From the NCBI GenBank assembly GCA_013265495.1, contig MU058667.1, forward strand, positions 248,001 through 312,000: a stretch of DNA of 64,000 nucleotides. The letters run 5' to 3'. Under the pieces are notes generated by a model that saw only the letters and a list, made by a program, of their open reading frames with translations, was not told the DNA's origin and made no database searches. The translations under genes were made by a program, and so were the position numbers. The stretch is from Vicugna vicugna. Taxonomy: Eukaryota. Within the stretch, counting starts at the first letter, position 1. Each line of letters starts with the position of its first letter. Shown in pieces: positions 51,941 through 63,002 of this stretch.

Positions 51941-52601
51941 ATTCTGACCTGAAAATAGATGTTTGTCACACGATGGCAAGGTGTTTCTTGTGTTATCACC
52001 ATTAAACATCGCTGTGGTTGCCACGTCTCAGGGATGGGCACACAGGCATATACTGAGAGAGGACATCAGGACACCTGTCTTTTTCTCAGGTGTAATTTGA
52101 AGGAGGAATATTCTCGTGGAGAATGACAGACAAGTGCACCATAAGACTTGACAGCTTTCTTTCCAGAATTGCCAGAACTGCAGTGTAAATTATGTATGCT
52201 CTTAGTTCTGAGACACTACGCTTCAGAATTATGAGGGAGGCGGCAGAGGAAGCTACAGCAGAAACCACGGATATATATGAGGTTGTTATTACAACACTGT
52301 CCAAATGAGACTGAAATTTGTCTCTGATCCTTATGGGTTAGGAGGTTTTTTACTTGGTAGTGACAATTTGAAAAGTACAGTTTAAAAAAAGATTTATAGG
52401 ATTGCCAATGAAGACTAACTTCAGAAATATATGCAGACTTGGTGTGATATCAAAGGTGCTTACTAATTAGAGGAAAGCAAGATTGAAATATGGAGATTAC
52501 ATTTATTTCTATGAAACATTTAGGCTTTTAGTGAATATATTCTCAAGTATAAGTCTAATATATTACTGCTGATCAAAATGAAAAGTCATAGATTGTCACT
52601 T

Positions 52602-52853
52602 AAAGACTGATCACGGGTGGGAAGGGATAGACTGGGATTTCAAAATTGTAGAATAGATAAACAAGATTACACTGTATAGCACAGGGAAATATACACAAAA
52701 TGTTATGATAACTCACAGAAAAAAAAATGTGACAATGAGTTTGTATATGTCCATGAATGACTGAAAAATTGTGCTGAACACTGGAATTTGACACAACATT
52801 GTAAAATGATTATAAATCAATAAAAAATGTTTAAAAAAAAAAAGACTGATCAC
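52602..52853 (+). mobile_element. Young camelid-type L1 3' end (52615-52840) with perfect 13-bp TSD
   Basis: AAAGACTGATCAC at 52602-52614 and 52841-52853; target TT/AAAG; body gggtgggaagggatagactggg..ctgtatagcacagggaaatata..aataaa plus poly(A); same family as 30068-30319. Confidence 0.92.
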
Positions 52854-54382
52854 AAGCATGCTCTTTAAATATTTATGAAGTCCATGGCTAATACATTCCA
52901 ATTTAGTTTGAATGGAAATTAAATTTACAGTCTTTAGAAATATAAATTAGCAGTTCATAACTTGATTATACTCTATGTATTTCATAGACTATATTTGATT
53001 GTATGTTGATATTGATTAATATATTTTGAACAACAGTTTTGCTGAGTTTTCTGTTTATTTTAGGGGAAGTGTTTCAAAATGACTGTCCTTGCTATAGAAA
53101 ATTATTGAAATGAATAGAAGGGCATAGAAGGAAATTATGTTAATATTTACATAATACCATATTTTTCTCTCTCATGATCTATCCTAGATGTTTTTCCAAA
53201 AATTGGAAATATTTAGATTTATGTCAGTCTGTATCCTTAAAATTTCAAATAAAATATCCATGTATGGAGGCCACTTGTCATGCTGTCCGGGTTCAGTGAC
53301 AGCTTTCTGGAAGAGGAAATACATTGCAGCTGCCCTGAGCTGAAATTCCCAGTAAAACAATATTTTCCCACCATTATCAATTTTTAACACAGATTCTGAG
53401 TCACTGAACCAGGAAGGTGTTTACCTGCAAGGTGAGCTAGTCGAAATGGGAGAAGCTTTTAAGTTCTAAAATTTCAGCCAGAGTCTTCCCTAGAGGAAGG
53501 AAAAAGTGGGTCTACTCCCTTTTTTATATTCTCTTGTCAATCACAAAGCCTCTTTGTACTTGTGGGGCCTTGATGGCGACTGAGTGCTGGCTATTTGTCA
53601 TGTTTCTGTCATCCTAAATACAAAATAAAGGGCGAAGAACATGGCTTTGGGTTCTCAGGCGTTAGAGAAGTTGTCTGTGGCAGCCCAGGAACTCTGAATC
53701 CAAGCTGCCCTGGGATGCTTTTGAGGTGATTTGGTCACTGAAATGGAGTATGTGATTCTGATGGTTTTGAGCTCCTTAGGCGCATTCAGAGGAATGATAT
53801 TCAAAGTTAGACGATGGAAAGCAGCTGAGTTTATCAGATTTGATTTCTTCTGTCACAGAAACATCAAGCTCTAATATTAGAAGCACAATTGTTATCTTGA
53901 CTTCCTGTTTCTTGCTTGAGTGTTAAAAAATGTTTTGGGAATTGTATAATTCCGGTTCTGAAATTTTGGACAAACTTTCCTTGCAGGGAGGGTGTCATTT
54001 TAAGATGTTTTCAGGGATTCTTATGAAAGATGAGACTCTCCCCACCTCATCTTTTAAAATCACCAGCAACTTGTACTGGTATGAAATGTATAGGGAGATT
54101 TATTATAGCAAGCCAACCTTGTTGAGATTACTTGAGTCCTAAGAATTTAAAGATCATTAAAATTTTTGATCACTTTTTTGAAATTATTATCTATTTCTTT
54201 TGGATTTTAGCTTACATCTCTTATAGTTTTCTGTTACCTTTTAATGATAGGAAGACTGTGCGAATGAGTGTGATTCGGACTGATGGAGCTTTCACCTTGA
54301 AAGAACATAGGCCTAAATAAATTGTGTTCCTTTTTTTAGTATTTGGGAAAGTGGAAAAAGTACCCGTAAGGATGAAAAAGGC

Positions 54383-54515
54383 TTTTTAAAAATTGATTGA
54401 TTTTTTTTGTGGGGGGTGATAATTAGGCTTATTTATTTAAATGGAGGTGCTGGGGATTGAACCCAGGACCTCATGCGTGCTAAGCGCATGCTGAACACTG
54501 AGCTACACCCTCCCC
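54383..54515 (-). mobile_element. tRNA-Ala(AGC)-derived camelid SINE (vic-1-like)
   Basis: Reverse strand ggggagggtgtagctcagtg..gcttagcacgcatgaggtcctgggttcaatccccagcacctcca, then aaataaataagcctaattatcacccc; imperfect flanks tgaaaaagg/tgaaaagg. Confidence 0.9.
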
Positions 54516-54624
54516 TGAAAAGGAAAGGTTTTCTTATCAAATGAAATATTTCTTTTTACTGATTCCAACGTATGCACTTGCTAATGTTCAAGAGACATGA
54601 AATGAACTGTTACCAGTGTAAATA

Positions 54625-54788
54625 AAGGAGTTCTCAAACTTTAATGTGGATACAGATCACTCGGAAATCTTACTAAATGCGGATGATGGTCCAGCAGGCC
54701 TGGCCTGGGGTCTTAGCTCCTGCGTTTCTAATAAGTTCCCAGTGATGCCAGGGCTGCTGGCCCTGGGATCCCACTCTGTGTAGCAAAG
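54625..54788 (+). mobile_element. MER5B-like hAT-Charlie element
   Basis: gttctcaaactttaatgtggataca..tcttactaaatgc..ctgcgtttctaataagttcccagtgatgc..ccactctgtgtagcaaag. Confidence 0.8.
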
Positions 54789-55257
54789 CTAAAAGTCCTG
54801 TCAAGAAATAAGTTATTTTAAAAAAAGAAATAAACTACAGAATGTTCCTTAAAATCTGTAATTAAAAAAAAAAATCCAGAGAATTTAATCCGTCTGCCTG
54901 TCTTGGTGACGTGTTCTAGTAACTTACAGCATGCAGAGTCAGGACGTTTCCCCGCAGTGTCCCGAATGTCTGTACTAAAAGGGAAGGGGCTCACCCTGAA
55001 GTCCTTTTCTCAGCTGAAATAGAAACCAGCTATTCATGTACTCTCTTTAGATGCTTAAAAATATTAGGTTTCTTTCTCTCTCTCTTAGTTTCCTATCAGC
55101 ATCAACCTTTTTTTTTTTTTAGCATTTTAACACGTATTGTACTTTATTACCCCAGTTTTAACTGCAGCTCATCTATGTAGGGTAGAAGTGATGAGTCTGA
55201 TGTTCAGTAAGTGAATTGATGAGAGGCTTTCCCGATCTAAAATTTAGCAAGTCTTCT

Positions 55258-56100
55258 CTTTTTTTTAAAAAAAAATTGTTAATTGTACAAGTAATACACC
55301 ACTAAGTTCTTTCAAAAAATTCAAATCACATCAAAGTGTACAGAGTGAAAAGCAAAAGTTCTTCCTTTCTCCAGCTTCCTCTTCCTGCTTCTCTCTTCAT
55401 TTGAAACCATCTTGACAGTTTGGCATATATGTATCCAGAATTCTTTCTACACATACCTGTGTACCTGTATTTATTTTAAAAAATAGGATCACATTTATTT
55501 TTCTGCAGCCTTTTTCTACTTAATGCTGTAATATCTTTGAAGATTCTGTCTGTGTTTCTGTGCGGGTAGATCTGCCTCGTTGTTTCTAGGGGCTGCAAAT
55601 TGTGTAAGCCTGTAAATAATTCTCTAAGCACTGTCAACATTTATACTGTTTGCAGTTTTTCACTATTACAAACTGTACAACTGTGAACATTCTTTTAAAA
55701 ATATCTTTTTGTGCACCTTCCAGTCTTTCTGTAGACTAGAGAGGTGCCTGCAAATGTATTCTCTGGGTCAACTGGACTGGACCTTTTAATTTTGACAGAT
55801 ACTGCCAGATTGTCCTCCACAAAATGCAGTGCCAGCCTACTTTCCTGCCAAGGGTACTTGTTGATTCTCAATCTTGGTTCATGACAGTGACTTTTACCTT
55901 GTCAGTCAAATGATCTAAAAGATAAAGCCTCATTTCTGCCTTGCATTGTATTTCCCTAACAACTGGTCAGGTGGAATGTCTTTTTACCAGTTTGTTAGCC
56001 ATTTTGATTTAACGACCTCTACCCTTTCTTAATTTTTAAATTTACTTCGTTGATTTGTAGGAGATCTTTATATGTTATTAACATTTTTTCCTGTTACAGT
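55258..56100 (-). mobile_element. L1ME-like 3' region
   Basis: aagtaataca..aaaattcaaa..gagtgaaaagcaaaagt..aaaataggatcaca..ttttaattttgacagatactgccagattgtcctcca..ttgatttgtaggagatctttatat. Confidence 0.75.
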
Positions 56101-56102
56101 GT

Positions 56103-56360
56103 TGTGTCAGTAGCTATTATGTAAACAACAACCATAGAATGGTAGTGACGCATAACAAGCAGGGAGGTGGGTCTCTGGGTCAGTTACGGCTTCTCATGTA
56201 CTCATGCTGATGCCCGAGCTGAGGGGACAAGCTGTGTAGGGCAAGCTGTCCTCATGGCAGTGGCATGAGATTTGTTTTCACTATCATCATCTCCAAGATA
56301 ACCATACATGTATACCTTCAGTACTTTATTTCAACCAAGGGCACACAATGTCTGCTCATT
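56103..56360 (-). mobile_element. Old MaLR LTR fragment (MLT1I/K/L-like)
   Basis: tgtgtcagtagcta..gtaaacaacaacc..tgtcctcatggcagtggca..tgtctgctcatt. Confidence 0.45.
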
Positions 56361-59300
56361 TACCAAGGCGTTTTCTTTGAGTTCCCCAGCTGGAGTTCTG
56401 AGTTGTTTTTGTTGTATAAATCATGCTTGTAAATTATTGTCTTTCCAAAACATTCAACTCAGTTTCCATGGGGAAAAAAAACAATTTTTTCCTTTTGGTT
56501 TATGTAATATGTAGGTCAGTTACATAATTACATTAACAAATACAAGTGGCATAAACACATTTGGGGATAAACACAGCTGATTTTTGGCAAGCACCGAACT
56601 CAACTAGTATGAGCAGGCATATGTGTATTTGGTAGTGGTGTTTTATCTTCCAGCAGTCAATGTGAACATTAGAATGCTTAACGGGGAAAATAGAGAATCT
56701 AAGACAAATGTATCTTATTAAACGTAATCTCTTAAATGGAGATTGCATAAGAGAATTTTTACTGTAAACTGCACCTTTAAAAAATATTTACTAAGGTCTT
56801 TTGTCTCTGCAGTGTCATCATCACTGTCCTGGTTTCCATTCTTTTAGGATTTTTTCAGTGCCTTAAAGTCCTCAAGATTTGGTTTCTACCTTTTTTTTTT
56901 TTTTCTTCAATTTTTGGCTTGTTTTTTATCCTAGTAGAACCAAGTTTGAGAGTCATACTTTTACAATATGAACAGTTTATATATTTTACATATATCTTTA
57001 TGCTTATTTATTTGAGCCTAAAAATAACTGAGGTTCAAGAATTCATGGAATACATGCTGATTCAGTGTTACTTCAAATCAATTTGATCTGTTGCAAAATT
57101 TCATAAACAGAAGTGTTTTCCTTTCACCAATACTTAATGTTTCAAAAGAGCAAAGATTTTTAGAGTAGAGAGCAAATTAGAGATTATGTACCACAATATT
57201 GTCACTTTCCTGGTGAGGAAACAACCTCTGAGGGTTTTTGTGATTTGTCTGAGCTCATTCAGCAGTTAGCGGCAGAGACAGAAGTAGAATTTTGAATAAT
57301 TTAAATACCATAAATTATGTCAAAACAGTTGGATATTTTGAAATTTCTGTGAGGAACATAGCAAAAGAATCAGTTATTTTTGTACTCATAAATACTACAG
57401 TGTGATGGAAAGCCTTTTTGAGAAGGAGATGAGATTAAACAAAGACCTAGAAATTAAGGAAGGCGGAAATTTGTTCAAAATTTTCTTAATGCATATTTTG
57501 GGTTTTGGGTATGAAATAGTTTTAACTGTGTGAGAAATATCATATCATGGGATTATTCATCTTTCTATTTAAAATAATAAATATTTCTGATTGCTGCCAT
57601 TAGAAATCTCTGGAATTCCTTTCTTGTGACTGGACTTTAAACCAGAAAGAAGGATAAAAGCTACTTTGTAGTTGGATAGCTCTGCTTTATGTCTCTGCTG
57701 CAATCTCTCTCTTTCCTTCTCTTCCTCTCCTACCTCCCCCGCCTCCATCCTGTTTCTTTTCTAATCTTTTTGTTTTTTTGTTTTCTGCTTTTTTGTTTTA
57801 ATATACAATGTCAAGGAAATAACTAACGTTAAATATCCATCATGTCACTTCAAGTGGGACAAATGTATGTATTACTGGCATTTTAGAATGAAATTAAGTT
57901 GACGTTACTACTTACTTATGCCTTACTAATTTTTTAAGAGGAAGAAACTCCACATTAGCCTATATTTATAATCAGTTCTGATTTTTTAACATGAATTGAT
58001 CACTGCTTCCTTTATGAGATGTAAACATATATATTGAAGATTTATCTGAACAGCAGTTTGTATATTTTAAGGATTTCAGTTATTTTAATTCCTGCAATGT
58101 ATTTCCAGGCTTAAGCTCACTGGATATAGTCAGTTGTCATTTAAATTCAGTCTTCTAAATTTAAGATACATTAATTTCATATGGGAAATCAGTAACAAAT
58201 TTTATTTTGTGTTTATTACCTTTGAGAATATTTTATTTCTAGCATTAAAGTTCATTTTATTGAAAAAAGTAGACGAGATTTCCAAAGAGATTTATAAAAG
58301 GAGGTCATTATTGTTTAAAGCTGTGAAGTACTTGAAATTTCATAAGATGGATCTGAAACTATGTTACAGAATATAGGTTTTACATTCTTATTTTTCAAAC
58401 CAAATCAGCCACAGTAATAACAGGCTACATTTGAAATATGAAACTTTGACATAAAGCAGAAATTGGACTTTTACAAACAGCTGTTGCCATAAGAGAGATT
58501 GACTAGATTTTGTTGTGTCTAAAACATCGTCTTCTCACAAGTCTCCTTTTTTAAAGTACAGAATATAAGTTCTAATTCTGCTCTCTTAATCTTATTTCAA
58601 TAGTCAAATATTGTTTCTTCTTGTTCCATACATGAATTAAATAGATATTAGGCACATCATATCTACCTTATATAAGTTCTGTTTTGTCTAAACATGTTCT
58701 TTCCAAATCATAATTCCTTTGGATTTAGCTGTTTTTACTGGTTAATAACATCCAGATCTGCTCCAGAGTTTGACCTCCTGCCCTATTTCTAACCCTGCAC
58801 ATCTAAACAGGCTCCCCATTCTTGGCTGTTGAACTTTTTGTTTAGATTCAGCGTATCTTTTCTTTCCGGCATCCTCTCCCCATTTTTTTTTTTCACCTGT
58901 CAGCGATGTCTTCTCTGTAAGGGGTCATCTACAAAGTGAGAGTGGTGATGCAGACCACATTTGGGGCACATCATGCTTTCTTTCAGTGCCCAATTTTATG
59001 TGAAGCATAATTTTAAAAATGCTAACGTACCCTAAGTTGAACCTGTGTATACGCTCACATGTTGGTTAACAGTTTTCTATAGAAAAATGGTACAGAAAGT
59101 CAGATTTCTGGGTATGCAGCATGAGTGGGGTAAGTTTTGAATTCTTGTGGGGAGAGCTGACAACACAGTGGTGAGAGATTGATGTGATGAATCTGAGGAA
59201 GAGGGGTTTATTTCAATTTATCAGCTTTGAAGGAGTCAGAGGAAGAATTCTACATGTGAATAGCATATAAGCTCATATGCCTGAAAGAATCCACTCTACT

Positions 59301-59389
59301 AGTCTGTTTCCTACAGCTTCAGAGCCAGTGTCTCCCTTTCTGCAGCTGGAAAGGCCTGTGGTTGGTGAGGTGCTGATGAAAAATGAAAT

Positions 59390-59648
59390 AATTACAGCTA
59401 GCTAATACGTACTGAGTGCTGACTGCATGCCAGGCACCGTGCTCTGTGCTTTATAAACAGTATTGGATTAACCCTCCCATCACCCGCTACCCTCTAGAGT
59501 GGGGACTGACATTTCCTTCATTTCCCATGTGAGGAAACTGAGACTCTGAGAGGTTGAGGAACTTGCCAAGGATTGTATAACTAGAAATAAACAGAGCTCG
59601 TCGGATTTGCATTGGGGTCTCTCTAACCTCAGCGCCAATTCTCTTCAT
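59390..59648 (-). mobile_element. MIR (MIRb-like)
   Basis: agctaatacgtactgagtgctgactgcatgccaggcaccgtgct..tgaggaaactgagactctgagaggttgaggaacttgccaagg. Confidence 0.9.
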
Positions 59649-59670
59649 TTCTCAGTCTGCCTGACTTCAC

Positions 59671-59908
59671 CAGTGCTTCCCAAGCTTTTTCACACCATGC
59701 CGTGCGTAGAGAATGTTAGTGCGTGTCTTTACGGCATCCTGGGGAAAGTGGCTGAGGCTGCTTACAGCTGGAGGCAACTCAACTGGAGGTTCTGGGCACC
59801 CTCGAGGTCTCCCCACACACCCCCGATGTGAAGTCAAAGGAAGGAGGGAGTTGGTACCTAGTCATATTGTTCAGGCGTTTGTGGAGGCACGCCTGTTGGG
59901 AGGCTGTT
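59671..59908 (+). mobile_element. MER112-like hAT-Charlie element
   Basis: cagtgcttcccaagctttttcac..acggcatcctgggga..gaggctgct..ggaggcaac..ggcacgcctgttgggagg, with inverted termini. Confidence 0.75.
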
Positions 59909-60097
59909 CCACACTGCAGGGTGTCACTGGGAGGTGGGAGGCGAGAGGGGAATGCCCTCTCTCGCAGTCTCACTGTGCCTCCATCTCCCCTGGTCGTCAC
60001 AGGCCAGGAGGGAGCGTGGGCGGGTGATGTGTTCCCAGTTCTGTTATGCTCCGCATTCTCTTCTCTTGTTCCATCTGCTGTAGTTGATGGTTGAATT

Positions 60098-60855
60098 GTT
60101 TTCATTCAGGAAATATTTATTGAGTATTTACTATGTGCAGTCCTATGTGTTTTGGTAATTAAAAAGATACACAGTCTGCCAGAGGAAATGATATTTGTTG
60201 CTGTGGTCTAGAAGTTTGCACCTCTACCCCTCCGCCCCCAACGAAATTTATATGTTAGAATCCTGACCTCCTAGGTGACGGTATTAGGAGGTGGGGCCTT
60301 TGGGAAGCAATCAGGTCATAAGGTCAGAGCCCTCGTGAACACTGTAAGTGTCCTTATGAAAGAGGCCCAAGAGAGATCCTTTGCTGCTCCTGCCCATGTG
60401 GAAACCTAGCCAGAAGACACCACCTATGAGCCAGGAGGCAAGCCCTCACCAGGCACCCTGTCTGTTGGTGCCCTGAATCTTGGACCTTTTACCCTTCAGA
60501 ACTTTTGAGAAATAAATTTCTTTTGTTTATAAGTTACCTAATCTCTGACCTTTTGTTGAAGCAGCTCGGATGGGCTAAGATGTTTATACATAAATTACCT
60601 TAATATGGCGTGTGGAATGTCATAACAAAGTGGCATGGACAAAGCGCAACAAACAGGAAGGCACTGTGATTAGTTTAACTAGGAACTGTAGCAGCTGTTT
60701 CCCTGTCAAGTAGCATCTTCTCCAAGCCATGGAAGATGAAGAGAGTTTCAGCACAAAAGGTCAAGAGGTTGGGGATGAGGACAATAAGGCAAATATAGTT
60801 GATAGCCTCAGCAAAATCTTAGAGGTCGGAAAGCTTAGAACCATGTTTACAGGTT
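60098..60855 (-). mobile_element. L2 3' end interrupted by MLT1A
   Basis: ttcattcaggaaatatttattgagtatttactatgtgc before 60199; purine-rich L2-like sequence resumes after 60587. Confidence 0.65.
60199..60582 (+). mobile_element. MLT1A/MLT1A0 MaLR solo LTR
   Basis: tgctgtggtct..ggtattaggaggtggggcctttggga..gccctcaccag..gagaaataaatttc..gtttataagttacc..ctaagatg; TSD tttgt/tttat. Confidence 0.92.
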
Positions 60856-60974
60856 GAAAAAGAAAGGGAGGGAGGGTGGGAGGGAGAAAGAGGAGGACAG
60901 GGAAAGAGAACCTTGTTTCTTGTTCCTCTGTCCAGCCAGTTGTCCACACTTGCTGTTTGGCCTTATAATGTGCC

Positions 60975-62200
60975 ACTGTAATCTTATTTTCACTGCATCA
61001 TGCTTCTGAAATTGATCTGAGGTCAACAAAGACGCCCTGCAACTAAATCTACTGGACACTTTTTTGTTCTTGTCTTACGAGGTCTCTCAGCTGCTTATGA
61101 CTTTGTTGCCCACTTCTCATCTCTTCAAATGCCCTTTTCCCTTAGTTGCCCTGAAATCATGCTCTCCTGCTACTTTTTCTGCTGTCTAGTCGCTCCACCT
61201 CCTCTCACTCTTCTCTTTCCTCTGTATTCCTTCAAGTGTTTATACATTCAATATTCTTTTCTAGGACCTCAGCTTTTCTTTTTGTACTTTCTGTGGGGAA
61301 TCTTACACATTTTTATGGCTTCAGTTACCAATTATGTACTGATGACCCTCTGATCGAGATCTCCACCTCAGATTTCTCCTGAGTTTTAGGTCTGTATATT
61401 AAACTGCTTATTACTTCATTGCTTCACTGTCCCTCAGAATAAATTTTTCCAAAGTTGACCTTATTTTCTCTGCCTCAACGCTTTTCCTAACCCCTTCTCC
61501 GTCAAACTCTGTTTTTCTTCGTTTGTTTGTTTCTGTGAGTGGAAATGCCACTTACCCGTTTGGCCCCAGTTGGAAATTTGGCTGTCATCTCAAACTCCTT
61601 TTCTTTTCTTTTTTTCTTTTTAGTAAAGTACAGTCAGTTACAATGTGTCCATTTCTGGTGTGCAGCACAATGTCCCAGTCATGCAGGATAAATTTGGGGG
61701 TTTGAGATTTGCAAATGTTAACCACTATATATAAAAATACATTTTTAAAAAAGTTTCTTCTGTATAGCACAGGGAACTCTATTCAATATCTTGTAATATT
61801 CTCTAATGAAAAAGAATATGAGAACAAATACATGTGTGTATATGCATGACTGGGACATTGCGCTGTGCACCAGAAACTTCTCCTTTTTGATTCCTGGACT
61901 ATTCAATCACAGAGAATTACCTATTTTACCTCCTTAATGTGTCTTGAATCCCCGAGACTCTCCAGGCCCGCTGCTTGCTGCTCTACTCCACAGGTAAGGC
62001 CTCTGTTGCCCTGGTTACCACAACTGCCTTCTCATAGGTCTTCACATCTGCTGTCTCCTGCCCAGTTTGCTCTCCACCTGTAACCAGACAGCATCCCAAT
62101 CCTGTGCTTCCAGTTTAAAGCCATTCAATGAATTTCTTGCTCTCAAAGTCTAAACTCTTTCATGTAGTTTATAAGGTCTTTATAAAGGTCTGACCTCATG
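60975..62200 (+). mobile_element. L2 ORF2 (RT) and 3' remnant, interrupted by a young L1
   Basis: tctctcagctgcttatgac (DLSAAFD-like), ctaggacctc, tatgtactgatgac (YADD-like), gtcatctcaaactcc, aaagtctaaactctt. Confidence 0.7.
61595..61887 (-). mobile_element. 5'-inverted (twin-primed) artiodactyl/camelid L1 3' end
   Basis: T-rich tail and reverse L1 terminus (about 61603-61685) joined to a forward L1 segment (61686-61876); possible TSD ctcctttt (61595-61602 / 61880-61887), ambiguous. Confidence 0.85.
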
Positions 62201-62207
62201 TAGGGGA

Positions 62208-62410
62208 CTGGGAATGCAGGAACTGGAGTCTGTTTCTTAGATTTGAACATCACTTACTGTGTGATCTTGGACAAGTTGCTTATCTTCCCTTTGCCTCAGT
62301 TCTTTGCTGTATTAAAATGGAATTAATAATAAGGTCTAGGGATTATTGCTAGGTTTGAATGAGTGGGTAGTCAGTAATTAGAGAATAGATGTTAACTCTT
62401 ATTGTTGTAA
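62208..62410 (+). mobile_element. MIR
   Basis: cacttactgtgtgatcttggacaagttgctta..gcctcagtt..taaaatggaattaataata. Confidence 0.8.
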
Positions 62411-62699
62411 TTGTTACCTTTCTCAAGTAATTTTTAAAAATCCCATCTTATGACATCACTTAATTAACATCATCATTCATTGGTTAGAGCACAAGGAATT
62501 CTGTGGCTTCAGCATATACGGGGAGTATGTGGTGATCGGTGTTCCTTATAGACACGTACTAGCAAAAAATAAACAGTTTATATGCTTGGTACCAAATGAG
62601 AGAATAGACAGTTGGACACCATAGGAGTTGAAAAGAGGAAAAAGGTATTTTGTGAAAATTTGATCTTTCCTTTAAAAGGTTAATCAAGGCAGTGGCAGC

Positions 62700-62890
62700 T
62701 GCAGTAGCTAACATTTATTGAGCTCCTGCTATGTGCCAGGCATGGTGTTAGAAACCTGACGTGCCTTATTTTCCTCAAAAGAACTTTAAGATGCATCATT
62801 TGTAGCCCTATCTTACTGCGGAAACTGAGGCTTATAAGATTAGGCAGCCCTATCAAATGTAGAGCTAAAATTCAAACCCAGATAGATGAC
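62700..62890 (-). mobile_element. MIR
   Basis: agctaacatttattgagctcctgctatgtgccaggcatggtgtta..ggaaactgaggct..attcaaacccag. Confidence 0.85.
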
Positions 62891-62962
62891 AAAGAATTCC
62901 TCCGATTATTCATGCTTTAAAATGTTTTTCCGTATCTGTCATAAGTCTTTAGAGGCAATGTG

Positions 62963-63002
62963 CACACCCATACACACACACACACAGACATACATACACA
63001 CA
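62963..63002. repeat. Imperfect (CA)n microsatellite
   Basis: Directly visible. Confidence 0.8.

Noticed and set aside
52086..52304. Hydrophobic, protein-looking 72-aa minus-strand ORF
   Set aside because: Non-ATG start, no recognisable homology, and no supporting exon or retrocopy hallmarks.
59690..60060. Possible CpG island or internal promoter
   Set aside because: GC/CpG enrichment is largely explained by the MER112-like element and is too short and sparse for an island.
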